This document shows, one piece after another, positions 42,252 through 52,127 of a stretch of DNA of 64,000 nt (its first letter is position 1; each line of letters opens with the position of its first letter). The notes below the pieces were generated by a model. It was not told the origin of the DNA. It did not search any database and saw only the letters and a program-made list of their open reading frames with translations. The stretch covers positions 18,152-82,151 of the forward strand of contig JBPCLO010000008.1 in the NCBI GenBank assembly GCA_051003155.1. Direction: 5' to 3'. The position numbers were made by a program, and so were the translations under genes. The DNA comes from Fimbriimonadales bacterium. GTDB taxonomy: Bacteria; Armatimonadota; Fimbriimonadia; Fimbriimonadales; ATM1.

Positions 42252-42942
42252 GTTTGTCCTAGTTTTCTTTGCCTTGGCCGGCCTCGCGTCGCTGTTTTTG
42301 CACGCCAAGCAGTATCCGAAGAAATCCGAAGCATGGATGGAGGCCGTGGTTCCGGAACAGATCGACGGCTACACCTTCACCACGTCCTCGAAGCGCGATG
42401 CGACGGTGAAGATGGACCAGATGACGTACGATATCTTGGATCCGTTCGGCATCGTTGTGCGCAACTTCTCCGGAGAGGACGGCAAGAACTACGATTTCGT
42501 CGTCATCGCCGGCAACTCTCGAAAATCGTTCCACGACCCGCAAGTCTGCTTCAGCGCGCAGAACTGGCAGCTCATCGATCCCAAGCTCCAAGAGATCAAT
42601 CTCCCGTCTGTCGGTGGGAAAGTCCCGGCAACGGTCATGGGATTGAAGAGGCCCGGCGCCAACGGGGTGGCTATGTACTTCTACCGAGGACCCATGGGTT
42701 GGCGTCACTCCCCAATTTATGTACCGTTCGACCTCACCTTCGCCAAGCTCTTGATGAAGGACGATGCGGATGCCCAATTCTTCCGCTTCATCATGTCCCC
42801 GGCGACAACCCCGGCAGACGCCTCGAAAAAAGCGTCCGAAAAGGCTCACCAACAGGACATAGACTCGTTATCGAAATTCGCCGACTCCGTCTTTGAGAAG
42901 CTCAAGAGCACGGACGACGGCGGGTACTTCGTCAGCCGTTAG
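42235..42942 (+). CDS. Exosortase-associated EpsI family protein
   Basis: Follows the exosortase; HDPQVCFSAQNW motif. Confidence 0.85.
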   Translation: MQSRVKFVLVFFALAGLASLFLHAKQYPKKSEAWMEAVVPEQIDGYTFTTSSKRDATVKMDQMTYDILDPFGIVVRNFSGEDGKNYDFVVIAGNSRKSFHDPQVCFSAQNWQLIDPKLQEINLPSVGGKVPATVMGLKRPGANGVAMYFYRGPMGWRHSPIYVPFDLTFAKLLMKDDADAQFFRFIMSPATTPADASKKASEKAHQQDIDSLSKFADSVFEKLKSTDDGGYFVSR

Positions 42943-43877
42943 CGCGTTTCATCGTCAGCACTGCGCCGAATAACGGTGCCGAACGGGAGGCTTCGCGCGA
43001 TTTTCGGCAACTCGCCTTTGGACACAGCCTCGATCGATCTCATCAAGAAGGGTAGGTTCTCAGCAGCCGGCCACGTGCTGGAGTCCACAGCGCCAGTGTA
43101 GGCTACCTTGCCGTCGGCGTCCATCAGGAAGACCTCGGGCGTTCGAGTGGCGCGATATGCGTCTGCAAACGCGTTCCCCGAATCGAGCGCTATATCGAAG
43201 TCCACCTCTGCATTGGCGGCAAAGGTGCTCACGGCGACGGCAGTCTCGTCGTAATTCGAAAAGAGAGCCAATACCCCAAGCTTCGCTTCGCGGGCCGAAG
43301 CCGCGCAGAGCTTGATTCTTTCCAAATATAGTTCGTCGGCCGGGCCAGACGAGGATAGGAAGAGCACGAGCAGGCCCAGAGTCTTTTCTGCCTTTGTCGG
43401 CGGCGGGAAGCGGAGTTGCAATGTGTTGCCAATGAGTTGAAGCCATCCGGAAGCGGGCTTTAATTTGGGCAGAACGGCGACGAGCCCTCTTGGATCAGGC
43501 ACAACATGCCCGATTGCCACCGACGAGCCCTCGAGCCAATCTCCGAGATGTGTCTCGAACTTGCCCTGTGCGACAGTTTCCCATCGCTTGACGATGCGGC
43601 CCTTTCGATTAACTAAGAGCGCCTCAGGAAAGAGCTTGAGCATGTCAGCCGTCGCCGTGTAAGCGTTTGGCCCCCCTATGGCGTAGACGGGGGCCAGAGA
43701 GAAGTTCCTCACTTCTCCTAACCTTGCCAGGCTATCCAGCAGTCCCCCTGACGGCTCTCGCAGCACCAAAACCTGCTTGCCCCTAAAAGCGTCCGCAGAG
43801 CCCTTGCCGTTGGGCCCCAGAAGAGAGCCGAACGGAAACGCAGAGCCAACAGCGAGGGCTGCAATAAGAAGAATCAT
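42939..43877 (-). CDS. Secreted redoxin-domain protein
   Basis: ADAYRATRTPEVFL...YTGAVD; canonical Cys absent. Confidence 0.75.
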   Translation of the reverse strand: MILLIAALAVGSAFPFGSLLGPNGKGSADAFRGKQVLVLREPSGGLLDSLARLGEVRNFSLAPVYAIGGPNAYTATADMLKLFPEALLVNRKGRIVKRWETVAQGKFETHLGDWLEGSSVAIGHVVPDPRGLVAVLPKLKPASGWLQLIGNTLQLRFPPPTKAEKTLGLLVLFLSSSGPADELYLERIKLCAASAREAKLGVLALFSNYDETAVAVSTFAANAEVDFDIALDSGNAFADAYRATRTPEVFLMDADGKVAYTGAVDSSTWPAAENLPFLMRSIEAVSKGELPKIARSLPFGTVIRRSADDETR

Positions 43878-43907
43878 GCGTGCCGATAGTTTGACGTGCG
43901 TCCAGGC

Positions 43908-43939
43908 AAAAAGAAACCCCGGCCACTGGCATGGCGGGG
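43908..43939 (-). terminator. Terminator of the pilus operon
   Basis: Minus strand CCCCGCCA-N6-TGGCCGGGG followed by TTTCTTTTT. Confidence 0.7.
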
Positions 43940-43955
43940 GATTGGATTAGGAGGT

Positions 43956-44774
43956 CTAGAGGGGGCCGTACGCCGGATCGCTTACCGGCTCGGCTTCGGG
44001 ATTGGTCATCGCCTCGGCCTCAGGTCCCGACTCGACACGCGTAGTTTCGATGGTAGCAGGCTGAGCTGGGCTCGGAGAGGGCTCTTCCGTTGTCGACACT
44101 TCGGTCGAGATGGCTCCGACAGCACGTGCCTCGGGCAAATAGATGTCGGCAAGGGTGCTGTTGCCTACTTCCAAATAGATGTCCGTGTTGCGATTTCGCA
44201 TCAGAATCGAAGAGGTCGTGATTTTGAGGACTACGAAAGTCCTTGTGATCGCTTGGCCCTCGAAGACGTTCAAGATGCTGGCGCCTATGCGAAGCACTGC
44301 CATCGGCCGCCCGCCCGTCACGACGCCCTTAAGCTCGATTGTGCTGGGCGGCGGAGCCGGCGGTTGCATCGGCGCTACCGCTCCATTGCCGCCCGAACCG
44401 GCGCCGCCGTTGCCTATCTCACCGGGCTCTAGCCGGCCACCATTAGTGCTCACGGTCCGCGGCACGAAGGGATCGTAATCCAACTTTGCTAGCGGCGATT
44501 TGAACGGGTCGCGAGGCGAGCCGTCAGGAATTCCCGACGATGCGTCGGCGTACGCCTCCCCCGCGACGGGCTGGATTGCGATCGGCTCAGACTGGCCAAC
44601 GGACGCATCCGGCGAAACCGCGTTGTCGGAAAGCGTTACTGGCGTGTGGTTACGAGGTTCCCTGTTCTCCGCAAACGCACCCATGACTCGGTACACCATG
44701 AACGCCACCGCAGCTACCGTCGCGATCGCAAGTACGATCAATTTCGGTTTATCTTCCGGACGAGTCTTTTTCAT
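43956..44774 (-). CDS. PilP/GspC-like pilus assembly protein
   Basis: N-terminal TM, RDPF motif, ELKGVVTGG.PMAVL domain; last gene of the operon. Confidence 0.65.
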   Translation of the reverse strand: MKKTRPEDKPKLIVLAIATVAAVAFMVYRVMGAFAENREPRNHTPVTLSDNAVSPDASVGQSEPIAIQPVAGEAYADASSGIPDGSPRDPFKSPLAKLDYDPFVPRTVSTNGGRLEPGEIGNGGAGSGGNGAVAPMQPPAPPPSTIELKGVVTGGRPMAVLRIGASILNVFEGQAITRTFVVLKITTSSILMRNRNTDIYLEVGNSTLADIYLPEARAVGAISTEVSTTEEPSPSPAQPATIETTRVESGPEAEAMTNPEAEPVSDPAYGPL

Positions 44775-46579
44775 TTACCCTTCTCCTTCTTGATGTCGTC
44801 GAGCGATTTGGGAGTCTGCACGCCCGTTCCTTCGCGAACTATTCTCGGGGTGATGAACACCATGATCTCGCTCTTTCGCTTGCTCGTCGACCGATGCTTG
44901 AATAGGTCGCCAACGATCGGAAGCTGCGACAGGAGCGGGACCTCGCGCATGGTCTTCGTATGTTCCTCTCGGATCAAGCCGCCGATGACCATCGTCTCGC
45001 CGTCCTTGATCATCACCGTCGTTTCTGCCTCTCGAGCGCTCGTCTGAGGCACGTTGTTGTTGTCGATGGCGGTTACCGTACTAACCACCGGGTGGACGCG
45101 CATTGTGATGTTGCCATCCGCATTCACGCGCGGGCGGAGCAGTAGGATGATGCCGACTGGGAACTCGACGATTTCGATCGTTTGTTGGCCCAGGCCGCCC
45201 GCTTGGGCGATTCGAGCGCGGATCGTGTCACCGATGAAAATATTCGCCTCATCGCCGTCCAAGACCGCCACTCGAGGTTTCGCAAGAAGCTTCGCCTCTT
45301 TGCTGGTGATCAAGGCGCTGAGTATGGAAGTCACGTCCCATGGAAGTCGGCTAAACGATCCAAGCCCGGCCGGCCGGGTTGAGGAACCGAACGCCGCCAG
45401 GGGAGTTCCGGGAGGTGTCTCGAAGAACTGGAACGGAGACCACGACCAGCGAAGGCCGAGTTCCTCGAGCCGCTCGGGCGACACGTCGAGAACTTGGACT
45501 TCTACCATAACCTGCTGCGGCTTCACGTCGACCTGGGCGAGCAAGGCCAGGGCCTTGGCAAGCTGGTCGTCGGCGCCGCGCAGAACGAGGGTCTTCGCGT
45601 CGTCGCCTTCCTTCCGAGTCGTCTGGCCTGAGCCGGCAGCGCCGCCGCCGCCGGTCGCGCCGCCAGCACCCGCCGCCGTCGCGCTGCCTGAGCTAGAACC
45701 GCCCACACCGATCGAAGCGCCCGACAACGGCCGGAAGCCCGGGATCATGGGCGAGTACGATTCAGGGCCGATCACAGCCAAGACGTCGATATTCGCTCTT
45801 TCGAGAAACTCTTTCAAGAGCGGTGCGCTGCTGTAGCGGATTTCGTACACGTGATATCGCATGTCAGGCTGAAGGGCCGAAAGCGGCATATCTACCTGTC
45901 GGATGATGTCTTTGGCGGCGTTGACGTCGCCGCGTGTCCCCGCCAGACCTATTCCTCCACCTGGTTTATCGGCGGCGCCGATCGCGTCGGCTGCCACGCC
46001 CGGATACATTCCCTTCACCATCGTCACCACCTGCGCCGCCGAAGCGTATTTGAGGAAGACGACCTCGTTGACATGCTGGCTCATAACGTAGCGATGCTCG
46101 ATCTGTTCCATCTGGTTGCGCGCCTCGATGATGTCTTCGGCCATGCCGATGACGAGAACCTGGTTGCCTGAAGCGCGCGCCGTCAGCCAAGGAATCACTT
46201 CCTCCAGCTGCTTAGCCGCATCAGCTGGTGAAGGGCCGGATACGTTGAGGTAAGCGCGGTCGCCGTAAGGCTCCAAAGCCTTTCTCATATTGGCGGCAGA
46301 CGATACGATGTATGTCTTCCCCACCAAGCGATGGACAAGGCCGGCCGCGGCGGTCGTCGCGCGGATCGCGTCACTTGCGCCGCTAACCCTGACATTGATC
46401 GAAATGGGAAGACTCTCTTGAGCCGAATAGATAATGTTCGCACCGGTCTTCAAGCTGATTGCTCGAAGCACATCGGACACGTCCGTATTAGAGAATATGA
46501 GCCGGAAGGCTCCTTGGGCGAAGCTCGCCGGTGCGAGCGTTAACAACAATCCAAGCGCAAGCGCACGAGCGGATCTCAT
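44771..46579 (-). CDS. Secretin (PilQ/GspD family)
   Basis: Signal peptide at 46579, N-domain repeats, QVMVEV, LAKPRV, IKDGETMVIGGLI, VPLLSQLPIVGDLFK, FITPRIV. Confidence 0.95.
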   Translation of the reverse strand: MRSARALALGLLLTLAPASFAQGAFRLIFSNTDVSDVLRAISLKTGANIIYSAQESLPISINVRVSGASDAIRATTAAAGLVHRLVGKTYIVSSAANMRKALEPYGDRAYLNVSGPSPADAAKQLEEVIPWLTARASGNQVLVIGMAEDIIEARNQMEQIEHRYVMSQHVNEVVFLKYASAAQVVTMVKGMYPGVAADAIGAADKPGGGIGLAGTRGDVNAAKDIIRQVDMPLSALQPDMRYHVYEIRYSSAPLLKEFLERANIDVLAVIGPESYSPMIPGFRPLSGASIGVGGSSSGSATAAGAGGATGGGGAAGSGQTTRKEGDDAKTLVLRGADDQLAKALALLAQVDVKPQQVMVEVQVLDVSPERLEELGLRWSWSPFQFFETPPGTPLAAFGSSTRPAGLGSFSRLPWDVTSILSALITSKEAKLLAKPRVAVLDGDEANIFIGDTIRARIAQAGGLGQQTIEIVEFPVGIILLLRPRVNADGNITMRVHPVVSTVTAIDNNNVPQTSAREAETTVMIKDGETMVIGGLIREEHTKTMREVPLLSQLPIVGDLFKHRSTSKRKSEIMVFITPRIVREGTGVQTPKSLDDIKKEKGK

Positions 46580-47172
46580 CGATTTACCTCCACAGTAGGT
46601 GTAGTGCCGGCTCTGCTCGCCGTGACGCCGGTTGTAATCGCTTGCGGTTTCGTAACATAGCGAGTCAAGGTGAACATTAAGCGCGTCGTTGGATACTGAC
46701 TCCCCCGCTGCCACGTGAGGTCGCTCACGTTGAGTAGGCGAGATGACCGCAGAAGCGAGTACATGAAGGACCGCACCTTCGAGTACTCGCCCGCCACCTC
46801 GATCGCACTGGCGATCGGCGTGATGTCGGACAGTTTCTTGTTCTTGTCTTTGTCTTTTGCCCGCTTCGCCGACGTGTTTGCCCAACGGATGACCTGGACG
46901 TGCGAAGCACCGGCCCGTTGGCGGAGTTCGTTCAAAAACAGCTCCTGCTCATCCGGATTGTTCGGAATCGCAGGGACCTTGTCGCCCAGTGGCTGGGCCT
47001 GGTCTTGGCGGATCAAGTCTTCGAGGAATCCCAAGTTCTTATCCGCGATGACCTTTTGATTCTCCAAGGCTCGCAGACGAGTGACCTGGGTACCGATCAC
47101 AACCGCGCTTGCGATCACAGCAACGAGGGGCAGCGCCAGCGTTGCTATTCGATAGTTTCTTAGTTGGCTCAT
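46576..47172 (-). CDS. PilO-like pilus assembly protein
   Basis: TM plus coiled-coil, VAGEYSKVRSFMYSL...RLLNV; operon position. Confidence 0.8.
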   Translation of the reverse strand: MSQLRNYRIATLALPLVAVIASAVVIGTQVTRLRALENQKVIADKNLGFLEDLIRQDQAQPLGDKVPAIPNNPDEQELFLNELRQRAGASHVQVIRWANTSAKRAKDKDKNKKLSDITPIASAIEVAGEYSKVRSFMYSLLRSSRLLNVSDLTWQRGSQYPTTRLMFTLTRYVTKPQAITTGVTASRAGTTPTVEVNR

Positions 47173-48749
47173 GGAGTTCGTAGTTCCGTTTGAGGGGGTT
47201 TGAGGGCAGCCGGCACGTTCCCAAAAGTGCCGGCATACCGAGTTGAAATCGAGAAGCGGAGCCCTAGCTCTTTGGCATTGGGCCCACCCTTATCGAAAGA
47301 ATCGACAATGGTATTCGTGAAGTGCGGGAATTGGCGCATGCGCTCCATCGTGTTGATCAAAGCCAACTCACTGGTGGCTTCACCAGAAATCTTAATCCCG
47401 CCGCCCTGTTCGAATCTGATCGTCGTGAGGCCCGCCTGCGGATCTAGCGCGGCCGAAACGGCGTCCATCAGCGGTTGGAACGGAATCCCTTCGTTGCTAA
47501 GGTCGCGCAGCTGGTTTACACGTGCGAGGCGAGCGTCGGACTCGGGGCGGTACCGCGCCTGCAGCGCAGCGTGCTCCGCCTTGGTTTTCTCCAAGCCGGC
47601 GTTGACCTTCGACATTCGCGTGCCTAAGAAGGCTGCTCCCATACCACCTATAGCAGTCACCACAAGCGCCGCAACCATCGACGTCATAAGGCTCTTGCGG
47701 GCTGCCCGCAGTTCGTGGCCGCGGCCGTTGCGGGATGCCAGGTCGAAAGTCGGAACATTGGGCGAACCCGCCCCGATCCCGTCCATCGCAAGGCCGATCG
47801 CGCCTATGTAGTTGACGCCGTGCGGCGTCTCTAATTGGGTTGCTACCGCCGAGGTGCTCGCAGCGGTGATGTCAGGCTTCGCCATCTCGACCTCGGCCTT
47901 GATCAGCGGCGAGAGCGTCTCCGCCAGCTCGGTGAGCCGGGGGTGTTGGGCTGCGAGAATTACCCGGGCGACCACAGGGGCGTCGGGAAATTCGCGGTGG
48001 AAGTAGTCGAGCGACCGGCGCAGTTCCGTTGCCAAGGATGACACGGACGCGTCGCGTAGACCGTCTCCATCAGCTGTCGCAAGCGGGTCGGGCAATAGGT
48101 CGGTAGCGCCGATCTCGATCCTACGGTACAGGGCTAACTCGCCCCCGTTGATCAATCCGATCTCGGTGCGGATAGAACCGATCGAGACAAACGTCGAAGT
48201 CCCCTGAGACGTGATCTGCGGGTAGGCCTGTCGATACATGCCCATGTGCAACGGCTCGATGGCATCGATCTGAACGCCCGCGCGCCCAAGCGCGTCGCGA
48301 TAGCCGCTCAAGACCGACTCCTCGACCGCCATCAAAAGGACCTGCGGCTCGGTCTCGCCGTCACCTGCAGGAGAACGCAGGGGCCAGAAGTCGAAGACGC
48401 CGCCGTCTTCGCGAAGGATCTCGAAGTGGATGACCTCGCCCGCGACAACCGAACGCAGCTCGCTCGAACTGACGATAGGAACGTCGAGCACGCGGGTCGT
48501 GACTACCGCAGCGGGAAGACCAAGAACCGCGGACCGGGCGGACGCGCCCATTTGCTCAAGCGCTTTGCTGATGGCATCGGCAAGCAGCTCGGGCCGAAGA
48601 ACGACGCCGGCGCCAACCGCGCCGGCCGGCAGTTCTTGGACGGAGACGGCAGTGATCATCGGAGCATTCCCCGTTCGCTGCATCTCAGCGATCCGAAGTT
48701 CGCTGCCGTCGATTTGAATTCCTAAGGCGGATCGAGTGTTGCGTGACAT
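47169..48749 (-). CDS. PilM-PilN fusion protein
   Basis: Actin-like PilM (LGIQID..., ELRRSLDYF, AIGLAM), then TM and a PilN domain (IKISGEA). Confidence 0.85.
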   Translation of the reverse strand: MSRNTRSALGIQIDGSELRIAEMQRTGNAPMITAVSVQELPAGAVGAGVVLRPELLADAISKALEQMGASARSAVLGLPAAVVTTRVLDVPIVSSSELRSVVAGEVIHFEILREDGGVFDFWPLRSPAGDGETEPQVLLMAVEESVLSGYRDALGRAGVQIDAIEPLHMGMYRQAYPQITSQGTSTFVSIGSIRTEIGLINGGELALYRRIEIGATDLLPDPLATADGDGLRDASVSSLATELRRSLDYFHREFPDAPVVARVILAAQHPRLTELAETLSPLIKAEVEMAKPDITAASTSAVATQLETPHGVNYIGAIGLAMDGIGAGSPNVPTFDLASRNGRGHELRAARKSLMTSMVAALVVTAIGGMGAAFLGTRMSKVNAGLEKTKAEHAALQARYRPESDARLARVNQLRDLSNEGIPFQPLMDAVSAALDPQAGLTTIRFEQGGGIKISGEATSELALINTMERMRQFPHFTNTIVDSFDKGGPNAKELGLRFSISTRYAGTFGNVPAALKPPQTELRTP

Positions 48750-49102
48750 GATTTTGTTCGTTATTGCAATGACGTTAAGGTCACGGGAATCGCTTGCGTG
48801 GACTGCTTCCTAACCGGACCTCGATCGAATAGTGGCTTTTATAGCCGTCGATCGCCCGGCGCCCACCGCGCCGGGCGGCAATTCCTGAACAGAGACGGCA
48901 GTGACCATCGGAGCAGTTCCCGTTCGCCGCATTTCAGCGATCCGAATTGCGCTGCCGTCGAATTGAGTTCGTAAGGCTGATCGAGTGTTGCGTGACATGA
49001 TATATTTGTTCTTGCAATGACGCCAGGATCACGAGAATCGCTTGCGTGGACTGTTCCTTAGCCGAACCACGCTCGAGTAGTAGCTTTTGTAGCCGTCGAT
49101 CG
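48606..49102. repeat. Diverged ~249-bp tandem duplication spanning the minor-pilin/pilM junction
   Basis: 48606-48854 aligns with 48855-49102; produces a truncated second pilM start (48810-48998). Confidence 0.9.
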
Positions 49103-49598
49103 TTACCGACGCCTTGATGTGGATCGCCGTGAGAAAGGGCATTTCCGCAAAGGTCGGCGCGTGCGGATTGGTGGTGGCTATCGAGTCGGGCCAATTGTAT
49201 TTGGGCGCCCGATAATAGGTAAAGGACAATGTCGAAACATCTCTCAGGGCGACCGTCTCCGTGCCGTCCACCACGCGGATGAGCTGGCTGCCACGCAAAA
49301 AGTAGCGGACTTGCTCGCCCGCCGTTGTGGCGTGGTAGGTAATGTCGGACCGCGTTCCCGCAGCCAGCACGGAACCGTTCGGTGACAGCAGCGTCGCGAA
49401 CAGTTGCGAGTTACGAAGGTGGTCGGCCAATGCGTCGATCGGAGCTCTTGCGGCCGCCGCGGCCTTGTTTTGACCGATGACGTTTTCACGCGAACTGGCC
49501 GACGTAAGAAACGCACGGAAGACGACCGTTCCGATCAGGATCGCAATCACCGACCCGATCAGCATTTCCATCATCAGACTGCCGCGCTGTCGTTTCAT
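49029..49598 (-). CDS. Minor pilin (PilW-like)
   Basis: Prepilin site RG-SLMMEMLIG. Confidence 0.8.
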   Translation of the reverse strand: MKRQRGSLMMEMLIGSVIAILIGTVVFRAFLTSASSRENVIGQNKAAAAARAPIDALADHLRNSQLFATLLSPNGSVLAAGTRSDITYHATTAGEQVRYFLRGSQLIRVVDGTETVALRDVSTLSFTYYRAPKYNWPDSIATTNPHAPTFAEMPFLTAIHIKASVTIDGYKSYYSSVVRLRNSPRKRFS

Positions 49599-50059
49599 AC
49601 GCCCGACCTCGCCAAATGGCAGCCCTTCACAAGGACGACCTCGTAGGACGGGAGGATCTGCACGGTGGCCCTCACATTTCTCAATGAGTCGGCCGACGCC
49701 TGCTTTCGGCCGTCGATTACCACCGGATTTCCTTCGGAGTCCAATATGAAGCGGTCGGATATGATCTTAGTGGTTACTCGATAGCGGGATCCCGGATCCT
49801 GCCCTCTGCCGATGAGGTCGCCACCCTTATCGTAGTACGCAACATCGTCGCCTTCGAGCCCGTAGAGATGGCCCGCTTTGCGCGCATCTTCCAAGGCAAG
49901 ACGCGCCAGGTTATAGGCCACACCCGACGCGTCCGTATTGACGGTCATATTGTAGGAAAAGCTCCACAGCTTCACCACGCCGATCAGTGCGATCGACGCG
50001 AGCATGGACGCGACCAGCACTTCGATAAGCGTTATTCCACGTCTATTTCGATGTGCCAT
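49595..50059 (-). CDS. Minor pilin (PilV-like)
   Basis: Prepilin site RRG-ITLIEVLVA. Confidence 0.85.
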   Translation of the reverse strand: MAHRNRRGITLIEVLVASMLASIALIGVVKLWSFSYNMTVNTDASGVAYNLARLALEDARKAGHLYGLEGDDVAYYDKGGDLIGRGQDPGSRYRVTTKIISDRFILDSEGNPVVIDGRKQASADSLRNVRATVQILPSYEVVLVKGCHLARSGV

Positions 50060-51446
50060 CGGGGAACACCACACCTCCGGAAGGATTGACCTCCCGCCAA
50101 TTGTTGCGGAAGCCGTACCAAAGGATCCAATCGCCTTCGCCGCTGCCACTCCCATTGTTCGGAAAGTTGACGACGCTGTTGCCGGTGACCAACACCTCTA
50201 CGGCGATAACCGAACCGTTGATGGTCGAGTTGCCGCCGATTTTGATCGTAGCGGCACATCCGTCCGGAACCGCATACACGCTGCCATAGAACGTCGAGTT
50301 GCCTTGGATCGAAAGCTCGGAGCATTTGTTGTAGTACAGCCTGAATTTCGATGGGTCTTTCGACGTAAAGTGGACTGGCATGTCGAGCGAGTCCTTGTCG
50401 GTTCCGCCACCCGAGATCCAAATGTTCACATTGCCGGCCGCGTTGTCGATGAGCCATGCGGGTCCGCTGCTCGTGTTCGACATGTCGAGATCGGTCAGAT
50501 AATAGTCTCCCGGAGGAATGATTGCAACCTTGTGGCCGCCGATTCCCTCTTCGGGCGTCGCATAGCGGCTGCCACCGACGTTGTCGTTCGGATTGTCGTC
50601 CTTCGTCAGAAACTTGTAGATCTGCGCCGAATGATTGTGCGTCGCCTGGGTGAAGCCCGCCCAGATCGCGTTGGCGATCGTGAAGTTGGGATCGAGCGGG
50701 CGGTTCTTGCTGAACTGCAGGATCGTGTTGTTGTTGTTGTTGGTCGACAGCCACGTGAGCCCGCCGGCGAACCGGTCATTGGCGATTTCGTCGATCGTGG
50801 GCCATTCGACGGGCATCGGTGTCGTGAACACGTTCCTGCCCACGTTCGCGCCCGCTCCGATTCCGTTGAACCAAACCTCGCCATTAACAGCGAGCGTTCC
50901 CGTCCCGTTGATGGTCAGAACGCCGTTAGTGCCGTAGTTACCGATGACGACCGTCTGATTCCCGTTCAGGGTTCCCGTCTGCAAAGCGTATACTGCGTAC
51001 TCGTCGAAGATGCTATGCTTCTCGCCTTTGATCTCGACGGTGCGCGAAATGCCGTTGACGGTGCCGGTCGACTGGATGGCCATCGGCGCCGGCGCATACC
51101 ACGGACCTGCCACGGAGTCGTTTCTAACAGAAACAACGTAGCTTCCGGGGACTCCCTCCACCGTGCCCGTGTATGCGCCGTTCTGGCCTTCCGCATGTTG
51201 TGCTTGGTGGGCCCTGTTCGGATCGCGAGGATCGTCGCTCACCCATCTCAGTTCAAAATTGATGCCTGCATCTGCCAGTTGGATGGCTGCGGCGTTGTCG
51301 GCTTCCACGTTGGCGCGCGAGTAATGTGCTACGGCTAACCGCGCCACGCCCGCAAGGAATAACGAAAGAATCGCCGCGAAAACGAGGACCGTGACCAGCA
51401 CGCCTCCGCGCAAACGCCGATTCGAGTTCAATGTTGCCGTTCGCAT
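50043..51446 (-). CDS. Large minor pilin (PilX-like)
   Basis: RG-GVLVTVL (no Glu5), A.QLADAGI, long Gly/Asn-rich beta domain ending WREV. Confidence 0.85.
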   Translation of the reverse strand: MRTATLNSNRRLRGGVLVTVLVFAAILSLFLAGVARLAVAHYSRANVEADNAAAIQLADAGINFELRWVSDDPRDPNRAHQAQHAEGQNGAYTGTVEGVPGSYVVSVRNDSVAGPWYAPAPMAIQSTGTVNGISRTVEIKGEKHSIFDEYAVYALQTGTLNGNQTVVIGNYGTNGVLTINGTGTLAVNGEVWFNGIGAGANVGRNVFTTPMPVEWPTIDEIANDRFAGGLTWLSTNNNNNTILQFSKNRPLDPNFTIANAIWAGFTQATHNHSAQIYKFLTKDDNPNDNVGGSRYATPEEGIGGHKVAIIPPGDYYLTDLDMSNTSSGPAWLIDNAAGNVNIWISGGGTDKDSLDMPVHFTSKDPSKFRLYYNKCSELSIQGNSTFYGSVYAVPDGCAATIKIGGNSTINGSVIAVEVLVTGNSVVNFPNNGSGSGEGDWILWYGFRNNWREVNPSGGVVFPDGTSK

Positions 51447-51499
51447 CCTCTTCCCCCAAGAATCTCTTCCCAGTCTGTCGTAGTTTTGGCTTGTCTGCG

Positions 51500-51539
51500 G
51501 AAAAAAGTCGTCCCCGGCTCGTCCGCAGAGCGAGCCGGG
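51500..51539 (-). terminator. Hairpin after the major pilin gene
   Basis: Minus strand CCCGGCTCG...CGAGCCGGG then ACGACTTTTTT. Confidence 0.6.
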
Positions 51540-51557
51540 TACTGTTGAGTCGTTGAT

Positions 51558-51968
51558 CTACTGGCCGTTTACACCCGGCTCGAACGTGCCGTGGTTCGTT
51601 AGGTCGTCGCAGGCGATCCGATATGTGTCATCGGTAGCGCCGGCACCCTGTTCGACGTCGTATGCGTCAGCTCCCTCAGTTGGGCAAAGAACGTTGGCCC
51701 CGAGGTCAGGCTCGAGCATTTGTAGGTCGTCGTTCGCGTCGATGATGACGCCATAGTCGGACAGCCGATTCTTGACGCGGTAAGCCTGCACAGCCGTCGC
51801 GATGGTCTGCATGTTAGCTCGGCAAGTCTTCGTTTCCGAGTCCTTGATTGCGCTCAGGTAGAGTGGCAATGCGATCGCCATGAGGATCGCGAGGATCAGA
51901 ACGGTGACGAGAAGTTCGATGAGCGTAAACGCCTTGCGTCTTCGCGTTGATGTCTTGACACGAATCAC
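51558..51968 (-). CDS. Type IV major pilin
   Basis: RRKA-FTLIELLVTVLILAILMAIALP N-methyl-Phe motif. Confidence 0.9.
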   Translation of the reverse strand: MIRVKTSTRRRKAFTLIELLVTVLILAILMAIALPLYLSAIKDSETKTCRANMQTIATAVQAYRVKNRLSDYGVIIDANDDLQMLEPDLGANVLCPTEGADAYDVEQGAGATDDTYRIACDDLTNHGTFEPGVNGQ

Positions 51969-52127
51969 TTGTTAGGGTACCCCCTGGTTTTTCGGCATTA
52001 GCCGGATTTATTACTGAAATAGCTTCCCGCAAACGCCGGCTCCGATGCCGCCCCTCACAACAAAAGCCATCAGGGGTAATTATGATCTCCTGGAATTCTC
52101 ACCGTGTCACCCATGAGGATGAATTCC

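Noticed and set aside
44771..46885. 704-aa secretin with a long N-terminal extension
   Set aside because: The extension overlaps the PilO-like gene; the signal peptide and GGAGG SD place the start at 46579.
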